Source: Raillietiella orientalis (Eukaryota). Taken from it: a stretch of 64,000 nt of DNA. The translations under genes and the position numbers were made by a program. Numbering within the stretch: the first letter of the stretch is position 1; each line of letters starts with the position of its first letter. This document shows, one piece after another, positions 52,373-64,000 of this stretch. The notes beneath the pieces were generated by a model. That model searched no databases. It was not told the origin of the DNA and worked only from the letters and a program-made list of their open reading frames with translations. The stretch spans positions 5,580,001 through 5,644,000 of the forward strand of contig JAYWIR010000003.1 in NCBI GenBank assembly GCA_036172245.1. The letters are read 5' to 3'.

Positions 52373-53443
52373 TAATCCACCTCGCTGACAGAGATCATCA
52401 ATGAATGGAAAGAGAGATACGGAAATTGACAGTGGCAGCGAGGAAGTAAGGTGTTCGACTTCCCACGGAAGAAGCAGCCGCACTTCAGAACGCCGAACTC
52501 CTCCTGACGGCGCCTTTCAGTTCTGGTTTCACACCCCAAGGCAAGAAAGACTTTCACTGAATGCAAAAACCAAGAGCTTGAACTCGAACACCTGGTAGTC
52601 AGTCAAGCGAGTTAGGCAGCGTACGAAACTGATGGAAAAGGCATGCACGACATCAGGATAGCGAAACCAAGCACCGGATCCAATCGTACAGAAATGTGAA
52701 GAACAGAACTTGGGCGTACAACCCGCCAAGTCTTCATACAGAATCTGACAAGACCGAAGACGTTCTGCTGGAAATGTGAAATTCAGACTGGAGAAAAGGC
52801 TACTTCATAGAGGAACTTGCTCAAAAGAAAAATATTGCGTTGATGATGACGCACAGTAAACAGAACCGTAGAAACTACTGTGCCTCATCTAAAAGACTGG
52901 GGTTTGGACCTCAATTTAATGAGTTTGCAAGCAGGAACAAACTTCGAGCTAGGCCTCATGGAAGCAACAGAATGAGATGGAAATGCATATCATGCTTAAA
53001 ACTTGATAGTAAACGTTGTTTGGAGATAGCAAACGAGTTTTACGAATTAACTAAAGATTCCAAAAACTCAATCTGGTGAATGAAGTTCAGTTCACACTAA
53101 TGTATACATCGAGTCATATACTGTTCAGCTACAGGAAAACAAATCCTCCACAGATAAAATCAATGTGAAATGCGAGCGCACATACGAAATAGAATGCGGT
53201 TCCTAATAAAACCAAACTTTTGGATGAAAGCAGATAGAAGCAGCTGGTCTAAAACCAACAAGAAAACAACCAGGCAAAAAAAAATGCTGCATGAACACAC
53301 TATATCGTTTTCCTTTTTCGCTTACATAAATTAGGGTTGGGAAGACGACCCACGATATGCACCCAATGGGGACCGGAACTAATGCACTCCAACAACTGAT
53401 TTGCAACTAGTCTACTGACAGTTTCTCTACCATGGATTCAACC

Positions 53444-53475
53444 CACAAGCATTCAACAGTGGTTGAATGCTTGTG
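53444..53475. repeat. Perfect 14-bp inverted repeat, 4-nt loop
   Basis: CACAAGCATTCAAC-AGTG-GTTGAATGCTTGTG. Confidence 0.97.
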
Positions 53476-54686
53476 CTGGAGGCATGGGTCAACTGAATAG
53501 GAAACATGCTGGACATAATGGAGTTCACTCGGACATGACAAAAAATTTTAAAAACTAAGTTTTTCCAGGATGCATTCCATAATTTTCCATGCATATAAAA
53601 GTACGAATTACGATTGTATTGGGTGCCTACTTTGATATTTAACTTCTGAAACACTCCTTGACGGAAACCTGGCTGAGATCATGAGATAAGTTATTAACCT
53701 TACAATAAAAATAGCCAAAGGGAAAGGTGAGGTAGACAAATGAAGGCATTTTAGACAACAGCATCCAGTTGAAGTATTCCTTTTGAATGGGACGCACTTC
53801 TATTTTGAATAAAAAGCATAACTGACAGCTTTTTTCTCATCCTATCCAACAAATCACATTTGGGTATCCTTAAGGATCAAGCAGGGTATGGGTAAGAAAC
53901 AAATTACTGCAATTAGTGAACTACTGACACTTTTCTTGTTGCAATTATGGTATTAAAAATAGTTTTCATGTATTTGAGATCCAGTTTTTGCATTATTGAT
54001 TGATAATAACTTAACCACACATTGCAAGATGGATTCAAAACCCTTTTTAAATACAGTTAGCTCGAGAATCTTCAAGGATGTTTTTCAGGTGGACATCTAC
54101 AGCTGCCATATTACACATACTACTAATGAGTGGTCATCACTTTATTCATCTGTCACATTAGATGAGCATGATAGTTGAAGAACTGATACATGCTGACCAG
54201 ACTGCAGATGCTTCTCTAAATAAAGTAGGTAAAACAACTTCTGAACCTCAATCCAGGCTTGTGACATGTTACAGTAAAGTAACAGTTGTTGTCCCCAGAT
54301 TAACAATTGTAATTTTCCCACTGAGAAATAAAAATGCACCTAAGGATGCACCTAAAATAAAAATGCACCTATTATTCCTTGTCACGACTATTTGTTTGCA
54401 AATTCGAAAAAATAAAAAACTTCATCATGACCATGTTACCTCCAAGATTGGTCCCATAACTTTGCTTCAAAAAATTTTAAGTGAGGTTTAGAAAAACAAA
54501 TTAGCTTTGTTATTCAGTAGTTTGCTCTCTTGTCTATCAAGCATTTGGTCATTACTACAAATGCTAAAGAAAACCCAAGGTCAAAAACAATATCTGTTAA
54601 GGTTTTACTGATTCATATTACATTAGACCAGGAAATATGTTGAGGATTGATGTCAGCATCATGTGTAGTGGTAGAATGTGTGGCAC

Positions 54687-54725
54687 TAAAGTCCTAGTGT
54701 CGACTTGGTCAACACTAGGACTTTA
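54687..54725. repeat. Perfect 14-bp inverted repeat with 3 more pairs in the loop
   Basis: TAAAGTCCTAGTGT-c-GAC-ttg-GTC-a-ACACTAGGACTTTA. Confidence 0.97.
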
Positions 54726-57700
54726 CATGGGAGGAAAGCATTGCTAGTAACCCCTTCAGATGTGACAGTGTTGGCTGGAAATGATGTACATAAATCTTCA
54801 GACAGAAGCTCAAGTTCTGCAAAATCAACAAGGTATAAAAACCTAAGATATGTATTGAGGAGTGATGCATCAAAACAATAAATTTACTACACCATAAGCT
54901 CTACATCTTTATTCACTGATCCAATTAAGTTCTTAACGCCTGATATTGCTGCAGTTCTGACCTTTATTGAATTATATCTATTAATGTGCAGGCTCACCAG
55001 CACACTATCCAGCTCTAATAGATCATGATTATGAAGCTTACCAAAAATCATTCATCTTCTTGCATGAAAGTAACAAACAGACAAAGTACTTGCAGTTTGA
55101 ATACTTTCATGTTCCTTTAGGTATCAACAAACAAGGGTGATGCGAAATGACCTATGCTACATACCAGTCTTTATATAAGACTCCCTATATATTACTCATA
55201 ATCAATAGCATGACCTCAGGAAGTATCTTTTCCACTCCTGGTAAATTTGAAGAATAAACATTTTGCTGTATTTGTTGGGGTCCTTTGAAGAATCAATCAA
55301 CAAAAGGAAGAACCCAGTGCAATTCATAATACTTCATGTCTTCTTTATATCCCATAAAAGGAATTCCATTTAGTTCAGAAAAGTCATTTTTCTCCCATAA
55401 ACTGTAAAGTGTACAAGTTATGGCCCAACCAAGAAAAAGAGATACTGTTCACACTATCCACTTGAAAACGGCCCATATAAAAATGGTGTGTATTAAGTGT
55501 CCAGTTCTGGAAACAAGTTACATACCGATACAAAACAAGAATCAGCATTACCAGCAAGTCATACCTTCCAAGCTCATATTTCATGCAGATGCTTAAGCTT
55601 CTGTAATGTAAACATATGTATTCAGTCCTAAATTGCATCTGTAACAACAGTATGAAGAACAAAAACCAAATGTTGCTCTATTCACAAAGTAAAACATTGT
55701 ACAACTGGCACAAGATTCATTAACTGAAACTTGTCATATAAGATCTTAACAAGAAAACCATGAGAAATCCCTATGTCTGCAAAACACATTTCATTGTGGG
55801 ACCATCATTTACACTATTAGCAGGAAGGTAATGTGCAAAGGCAGCTGAAACTCCAAAAATAATCTACATAATCTTTGAAGAATAACTGAATACATCCTCA
55901 TTAACCTAGAAAACAGCATATAATTGTGCATTTCAAAATCGAGCTTACTATCACAAACCATCTGATACATTATTTACTAAATCCCGAAATACCAAATCCC
56001 GAAAACATTTTCTATATTTACATTATTAGGCCATCACTATAACCATATTAAAAATGTAACTGGATTCCCCTGCAGCTTTGGGATCTTTATGACAAAATCT
56101 TACAAAGCTGCAATTTGGTGATTTTTGAAACATGCACAAATGTAAGTGAACTTTTGATAATTTACAAAAAAATGTTTCTTAAAACAAAAATGCCATTCAT
56201 TGTCGTAACAATTAGGATAAAAATTTATTCAATACGGCCGAAACTCCACAAACTGCATAACAGCACTATGAACTCACTGCATTTCGAATGTTTCCTAATA
56301 GCAATTATCATACGGAATACAAAGATTGTAGTTCTGCTGCCAATAAAAAAAAATTCCCAACATCCGATTCATCATTGCAGCAAGGAAACTAAAGACTCCA
56401 TTCGTGAAATATGGTTCCACGTTTGGGCACGAGCTTTTTTCAGAGCAAACTGGACACTTTCCTTTCAACATATGGCACACAACCTATATTTACACATACA
56501 AGCTGCTTTCAATTTAACAACGATTTGCGTTCTATTTCACATGCTAATCTGTGAAGCAAGGTTGGTTGCTCTCTGGTAAAAATGCACAGCAACATACACG
56601 GTACGCAGCTTTGCATCCCAGATAAGGATAGTGTGACATGTAATAACAAGAAAATAGCAATGTTCGGCATATGGGTTTCATTTTCATAACTTACATAGTT
56701 ACACTATTCAAGAATGCAAAGTCGAGGCAAGATTCCATTCTTGCATCTCTGGTGTTTTGACTATCGTAAGAAGCAATTCGACATGCGAATACAGCAGTTG
56801 AGAAGAAGCTTGCAGAGCTGCCACTGTTCCCTCTGAGGAGCCTTCCCACGACATGCCACATTTCTTTTCCCATTCTCAAACCTACCCCCATCACATTCCT
56901 CGTTTCCAAAATGCAGTGTCACCTATCTTAGCTTTAGCTAAAAGACAATGGGAAATACACATTGAATTTCACTTTATGGTCTGATGCATACTATTAAGCA
57001 TTGTGCATTTAAAATTGAATGATACATTATTTGATACAACAGACTTGTATGATATCCAGTATTCACATGAGAATGTTAATTTTCCCCTCGAAAGTAGGGC
57101 GTGTTCCAAAGTTTGCGTAAATCGTATTATGCGTATACGAATTATGTAATCACAGTATATTCTAGGATAAGAGCATTAAACTATTTGATAACACCGAAGA
57201 GGAACAATTTTTTTGTTTGGTGCTATTGCCGATTGTAACTGATGTATGTTTTAATTATTTACTGGAATGGTTAGTTTAGTTTTCCTTATATAGCTTACCA
57301 TTAAAGTATGAAAAAGTAAGCTTTATTCAAAGAATTGAAAAGGAATGGAAAAGCTGCCATCTGTAAAAGCAGGCATAGAATCCAAAAAGAATTTTCTTTA
57401 AAGCTCAAAAAACTTTTTTTTTTCTCTTCCATGATGCAAGATAGGACTTAGTCGGTGACAAGTACACCACTACAAGATTTTGACTGTTCCAAGATCGCAT
57501 TAGATAAAATCTATTCTATTCTGATTCCATACTAACAGAGAAACGTGGTAATGTGGATAAAAGATGATCAGTAATGGAACCACTATTCCCACCAGCTCTA
57601 GATGACGATGAATTCCATTACAGATACACGACACCATAGATATAACTGTACTTGAACATGAGTCAAGTTGAGAAACTCCTTGGTCTGAGGAACTTCCCAC

Positions 57701-59849
57701 CTGGTGGAGACACTTATTCTATCTAGATCTGCCTCTAATTTCCCTAGTTAATGGGGGAGTAGTTAATTATTTTGGTTACTTTTCTTCTATTCTCTCACTG
57801 AAATATGGAAACTGTAAAAGCTAGGGGTAGTATCAGCAAAGTGACGGCAACTAAAATTTCAGTTCTAATGAGCTGAATTTAGCTATACATTATGCTTCCT
57901 GTTCCTTATTAGTTCTTGCTTAACGGCTTGCTAGTTGTTTCAATTTGTTGTGGTTGGTTGTTTTGTAATGGTTACCGAATCATTGTCTACCATCATTAAA
58001 AACAAACCAATCTATCTCAAAGTTCCGCATAAATCCAGTTTTTCTAAGTCTAGATCAAGCTCTGGTTAATTGGAGTTTTTCATGCTCTATTTCGGAAGAT
58101 TTTTGGGTAAGGAAACGATTTCGAACATTCTGCATATCGAGCTTCACATGAAAATGATTCTCGAATCTTGGCGAAACTGAAATCATTGGTTCCAGATTTA
58201 CAAGAGATCACTTTCCAGAAGATCGTATGGAATAAAGACGTCTTGATTTTATAGTACGAGAGAACACTTCCAATAAAGAACAAATCCAAATGGTTTAGAA
58301 ATTTCGAAAGCTGTGTCTGTTCTTGACTTTTAACATTTAACGATAAAATCCTCGATTCGACCTGATTGCCAATAAAAAAAAAAAAAAAAGATAACGTCCC
58401 TAAGTCCATTAGCTCATATATCGTTCTGCATTTATGTGCATATTTCGGATAATTTTCGAATTTATCTCTGGATTTCATACTGCTATCTTGAGGATCACCA
58501 GTTAAAAGAAGAGCTGATTTCGGGAAGCTAAATCTTCTGTTTTGTTCCGATAAAATACATGAAACGTTTCTACAGTATATTACACATACTACACTACCAC
58601 CTTCTAAATTACGCTACATTTGCAGATGCTTAAAATTCGGTGTTTATGTCATCATTTGCGGCATTTTCCAAAAGAGTGGATTCGCCCCAATATGGGAGGT
58701 TGAACTTTTCTTACCAAAGTTGGCAGCATAAAAGGGAATGGTATGTTTGGGGCGTGCCTTTTGAAATCTCGTGAATCTTGTAAAGATCTTTTGAAGGCAC
58801 GTCTCAGATAAAAAAAATTAACATAAGCTGGTGGCTAAAGTACCTCTTCTCGTTGATGAAACTCATTTGTTTTACTAGAAGCGCCTTCAAATAGTCTTGT
58901 GATATGCAATACAGTTGAGAACTAATGCATGAATTTAGAGGTAACTTCATATTCCTGAGAGGAGTGTAAGAGAGAAAAGGCTCGTGCTCTTCACGAATTC
59001 GTTGAAAGACTGAACGGCAGGAGGAGCAAATAGCCGTATTTGACTTTTGAGACCAGATCAAACATGCATCCACAGATTAGAAACAAGAACATGTTCATGT
59101 ATCCACGAACTGGCTTACCTTCCTGTTTAGATGTGTTTGTGATTGGAACTGGCAAAGTGAAACGTGACCATTCAGCGAAGAGGTAGTTCGGTAAATCAAG
59201 CTCAGGAGAGAGAAAAAACTATTGGATGGGAACAAAGGATCACTGTTGTTCAGGAGAACGCATCAGCAATGGAGCAATCCTGGCCTGAGATGTGGAGAAG
59301 AAAATCAGTGAGGAGAGGGTTTGGGAAGAAGAACATTCCTCCACTTCCAGAAAGTGAAAGCATTGCCGACAAAGAATGCACGGGGTATGCTCATGCAGAA
59401 GCACTCGATCAATTCCAATGCCATCATCCGGAAATCCATCGAACCATCCATCAACCAATCCATCAATCCACCAACGCTTATCAGAACCAGGTGGGTGGCT
59501 GATCTGCAGAATGATACCGAGAAGCAACAGAAGTTTGAATGAAGAAAATCACTTCAGGTCTGGAAAAGTTATTCGGAAGCTGAGAGTCGCAAAAGGCTCA
59601 CAGACCCACTCTTAGAAAAGAAAGGTGCCAAACTTTTAGAAAGCACTGGACACAGAAGAACAGAGAATATAGTGGCAACTTCAATTTCGAGACTTTACCG
59701 AAAAGTCAAAGGACTACGTTGAGGAGAAGTCGACCAATTATGTTCCTAATTGAAACTGGATACGTCCCGTTCGTGGTGAACTCTTGAAATTGCATCCTTG
59801 CAACTTTGCTAAAAGGTTACAATATGATTGCGTCACATTTGCATATGCA

Positions 59850-60330
59850 TTCGCTGTGTGTGATCTATCAGTTCCCCCTACAACCTTATTTCATCTTGGG
59901 CTTTCTCTTCAACAGACTTGAACAGCTTTCTTTTCACAGTGACTCTGTGATCAATCAGCTCCAACATCCTGTATCAAGGGAAGTCTCGCACTTTGACCTC
60001 TTTTACTTTCAAATAAATCCGGACTTGTGTTTGTCGAATGCCGTGTGTCTCCAAATGAATGTCTGTCCACTATTCCCAAGGCGCTAAGTTCGCAAAAAAA
60101 TGAACGTGTCTCCTAGGCACCTGGTGATAACCTCCATCTTTTCAGTCATTCGTCAGTCCATGGGGTCCAGGACCAGCAGCTGATTCAAATTAAAACCTTC
60201 GATTTCATACTACTTCTCCGTCTCTATAGAGATTGCCCGACTCGATGGACCGGAAATGTGCTGTCGCCTGCCATTTCAAGTTTGCATTAGAAGAGAAGAC
60301 AGAATCTCCATTACTCTAGCATAGGAGTGA
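59850..60330 (-). mobile_element. Decayed LINE ORF2 (pre-RT region)
   Basis: SAAGPGPHGL (~K.PGPDG) followed by RMLELIDHR (~K.LE.I...R). Confidence 0.25.
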
Positions 60331-62299
60331 AGAGCGCTATCCTTTAGCCAAACGAGCGAGCAAGAGAGCCCAGAGTCCACAACACCCACCATTGCCATTC
60401 TGGGTGTATTGCTACCACTACACGGCACTGCTAGACTAGCTTGTTGTATGCTAAGAAGCACTGCATTCCGTTCCCTTACAGGTGGTTCTACATGACGGTT
60501 TCTTGGTGTCTTCGCACACCATGCTCAGCCTAACTACAATGCATCCTTTAAGAATTCGTAGAGTGATTCAGAAGTCTTTCGGTTGCTACGATCCTGCATT
60601 GTTGATCAGCGATCATGATGCTCAAAATGTAAGCGCTTTCAGGTAATTAAGATGATCTTCCTCTCACTTGCTTTTTAGTTCATGTGACCAGAACAGTTAC
60701 TTGTTCTGATCACATGCAGATCTTCCTATCCAGGTGAGTAGAAATTCTCGGAACCCTGGAGGCTTTCAAGATGAAATGCGCTGCTGCAGATGCGTTCTCT
60801 TCTGTTACAATCCGACAGAGAACGGGATTTCACTCTTGGAAAGCACCTTCCTTCCTTCGCACTTCGCATTCGCTTCGCAGCACGAAAGACTGCTCATCTT
60901 TCCCAGAAGACTTTTCCCCGGGGCATTCGGTGTTGCATGGGGGCAGCATTTGAGACTCATCCGTAAATTCTTGCTCCGAAGCAGCATTGCTGGATATGTC
61001 CAGGACTTGCATTTGCGACGAGTGGGCACAAGGTTCATGAGTGCATCCTAGAATGTTCCCGGAACGCTACTGAAGCGCGTCAGGGGCTCTGACGGGACGT
61101 CACGCGAGGTTGCTTCCGTGGGGGCATCTCTGCACTGCAAATGGCACAAGCCGTGGATGCACCGCGACTGAGGAAGCATCTGCGCATCTCCGGGAACTGA
61201 TAATGAAGAATCCTCCATCGCGCGGCACTTCGATCTTCGTCTGCACCTTCTTCAGAATAGGGTACCTTCCGACGGGAGGAAGGGGGGTCGGGTCCTTCTC
61301 GAACGACAGGCGTGATCCTCCCTATCCAATTTTCCTAGCTCTAGCAAAATCCGCTTAAATAAGTAGAAAACGAATGCATCCTCCAGGTTTCAGTTCCTGG
61401 ATTTTCTTCGATGGATTACTGGAATGGGTGCATTTCAAGCGTCATGCTCCTTCTCATGGGGAGCATCCTCGTGTCCCTGATATGCGATTACATGAAGACC
61501 AGGAACCCTAGGTATGCACAGGTATTTTCCGAAGTGCCAACTCCACTCTGTGACTCCAGTTCCTCGCGGACTGAGAAACAAGAAAGTTCATCAAGGAGAC
61601 CCAGTCTGGAAGAGGATTCGTAGACATGCATGAATAAATTCAGCCTCCACTCTCGAGAAGAAGGATGGTACCTTTTTTCAGATAAGAATGCATCGCGGAT
61701 TTGTGATGGGGACTGCAAGTTGGAATAACAAACGTCACCAATAAGGAAAAGCGGACCTGGAATCTCTCTCTACAGCAAAGATACCCACTCGCACAGATCC
61801 TTCACGGTTTCTTCCGAGCTTCATGGAGCATCTCGTCTAGGCAGCCGTTCCGAAGTTTCTGGTACCAAGGATTTATGGCTCGAGGTCAGCTGAAGTTATC
61901 GCAGAGAGAAGGCACCGGGATGGAGCGTTAAAAGGGTAGTCAGACAACGGACTTCACAGAACAATACAGGGAAAGAAGAAAAGAGACATGTCGGACTGCT
62001 TTCACTCTGAGGTGAACCACGATCTTTTCATTCTCATTATTTTGATCTTTCTCGCTTTTCTGATGCGAGGAGATGCATGATCTGGGATGGAAATGCTCGA
62101 CCCATACGTTCCAAAGACAAGCTATTGGTAGGAATTTTTCTGTTGTTCCATCTCCGCAGAGCTCGCTCTCCATCATTAAAATCCCTTCTTAAGCTACTTC
62201 TAGAAGTCCAGAATTCGATCTAGTCTAGCTCTCTAATAGATTTTATCAACGGAAGATGCAAAACTTGATGGTGCAATCTTGGTCTTATTGGAAGCTGCT

Positions 62300-62600
62300 G
62301 CGACTCGCCAGGACCTGAATCTCGTAGATGGATGTTTTCTTCCTCGTCACGGCGACCCCGGTCTTCAAAGGGAGAGTACCGGAAACAAGAGCAGTTGGAA
62401 CAAACTTTTCAGACCCGAAACCGCGTCCGCCCACGTCGCTTGGAGACTTCCAGTGTTGACGTCAAAGATGTCGTAATGAAGGGAGAATTCTTTTCACTGA
62501 GAAAAAACCAGATCTAAAGAATTCGCTGATGATGATCTCGACAAAGTGCATCCAACTCAAATGCGAAGAACGAGGGATTTCTTTAGTGTGCGAGAATCTG
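62300..62600 (+). mobile_element. LINE RT remnant
   Basis: EFADD at ~62519-62533 with a GLQREST.G segment upstream. Short evidence. Confidence 0.25.
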
Positions 62601-63399
62601 CGTTTTGAGGAAGTAAGGGAAGCTGACCTTACGTATGCTCTTCCACAAAAAAACACGAACATTCCGATCCAATCTTAATCAGATACAAGAATATTTGCGG
62701 CTTAACGTGTCCTCTCTTCCGTCCCACCTGTTCTACTGGGTTCTGTTTTCCTGCAATGTTATTGCAGATTCGCTCTTTAAAGCTCGTCAGTCTTGTCAAA
62801 ATTGCCCTTCGGACATCCTCAAACCGCTAATTCCTCTCAGGATAGAGAAGTATTTTGCCAAAAACTGTATGTCTAACTCTTGTCACCTCTGTCGCTGTCA
62901 CTCCAGAATCATGTAGGTGCAACAAATAGTCTGAGACCCTGTAGACTTGGTATGGAGGAGACCAATTATCCAAGGTGCAAAAAGACAGGAAGAGGGATAC
63001 AGCACTCGAATCTTTGAGGATGTCTCAGTACCAACGAAATAAACCCCATAACAGCATAGAAAACTTTTGCGGTCAAACTAGAACATTCCAGAACCTTGCG
63101 ATAGTCCAGGATGCATTGCAGAGTACCAGAAGTGCCACCAAAGAGGTGGCTTTCGAATGCAATGTGTAAGATTCTGCTAGAGGATAACTAAAGTTATGGA
63201 TGCCTCTCAGGGAGAATTCGATTTGATACAGGGGGTTGAAGAACATTCGAGGCTCCGGGGAGGTCAAATCATGAAGTGCCTTCTAGGGACGAAGAAAATT
63301 CCATGTTCAAGAATCAGAAATAATTGTGACATTGCTTATCATGAAGACATGTAGCAGAAGGGAGTCCAGAGGCACTTCTTGCCACGATAGTGATGAATC

Positions 63400-63750
63400 A
63401 CATGACACACTGCTGCTGACTCCACTTTGCTGCACTTTTACCACGCATGCCGATGCAACGAATGGTCGAGGACAGGTGAACCTTCATTGAGGGATGTTCT
63501 GCATGGAAGCAACAAATTTCCTTGCTCAGTGGGTCTCTACCCCATTTTCGGGAGTCATACATGGAATTGCTAAGCCTAATAAACACGGCAAGTAGCAAAT
63601 GACACTTGTTTGCTACTGTATGTTGCAATGCCCACACTGACTCCAGACGATGATCACCAGAGGACCGGAAAACACTCTAAGATCGATCTGGGTGTTACCC
63701 TACATCAAAAGTTCGAAGAAAGAACGAATGAGTTTCTGGACAAAAAAATT
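63400..63750 (+). mobile_element. CR1/L2-like LINE RT remnant
   Basis: THADAT (~YADDT), LAQW and DLGVTLHQKF (~DLGV..D..L.F) in order. Confidence 0.4.
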
Positions 63751-64000
63751 CAAGAGCAAGAAATCCTGTAATAATGGACGCCACATCCTAGAAACTTGAA
63801 GAGGAACGTTATCGTTAGTTGTGTGGAATTACATAGCTTGTTTGCAAGGGGTTCCGGAGAGTCTTCCGCAGTTGTTATTTTCTTTTTCCCGTCTTTACGG
63901 AGCTTCCTCCACTTGCTCGAATTCCTCCGATGGGAGACGGTTGTCTGGATTATCGAGCTGGTTGTCGGTTTTCCTTCCCACGTGGGTTGCAAATGTGGGG

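Larger units (their letters stand above)
53230..56130 (-). pseudogene. TARBP1: Unprocessed pseudogene fragment resembling the helical-repeat region of TARBP1/TRM3 (tRNA Gm18 methyltransferase); SpoU domain not seen
   Basis: About ten colinear peptide matches to human TARBP1 as recalled from memory: HKDP..Y, QLMNLVPV, FLYGP, VL|VRTAA, TSNAFLP, LELTV......ILQC..KL, RQGVFQKL, LLNACGLNPW*RNCQ*, KENDIVCSCS. In-frame TAGs at 53427 and 53412, several frameshifts, and retained GT-AG introns. Confidence 0.7.

Noticed and set aside
53407..53475. Helitron 3' end (hairpin plus CTAG)
   Set aside because: The hairpin is ~33 nt from the CTAG, farther than typical, and protein similarity continues across the site.
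54086..54140. C/D-box snoRNA (GTGATGA...CTGA, minus strand)
   Set aside because: Too short, no terminal stem, no rRNA-antisense guide seen, and it lies in former coding sequence.
55200..55400. THADA similarity (HWVLPF...LP...PE)
   Set aside because: One local resemblance against about ten colinear TARBP1-like motifs.
61411..61623. 70-aa ORF with a hydrophobic N-terminus
   Set aside because: No recognisable homology or splice context, and it sits among decayed repeats.

Overview
Eukaryotic (metazoan, probably arthropod) genomic DNA. Nothing prokaryotic, no CRISPR array, rRNA or intact tRNA gene was seen. Two intact spliced genes can be reconstructed by hand: a 77-aa CDC42 small effector (CDC42SE/Spec2) on the minus strand inside a very GC/CpG-rich block (13.5-15.2 kb), and a 422-aa shugoshin on the plus strand (32.6-34.2 kb) with seven introns, five of them only 38-41 bp. 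The AT-rich, CpG-poor block at about 53.2-56.2 kb hides a decayed, intron-retaining fragment resembling TARBP1/TRM3. There is also a recently broken ORF with strict 11-residue coiled-coil periodicity (39.2-40.4 kb), two copies of a tRNA-derived SINE with two B-boxes, a three-copy unclassified repeat, several perfect 12-23 bp inverted repeats, and many heavily decayed LINE, Ty3/gypsy and pogo-like relics. All homology calls rest on motifs recalled from memory, not database searches. Most long ORFs in the GC-rich first 17 kb look compositional. No wholly new multi-gene system can be supported; the best leads are the micro-introns, the shugoshin HP1-type motif, the hairpin-forming mutations and the hendecad ORF.
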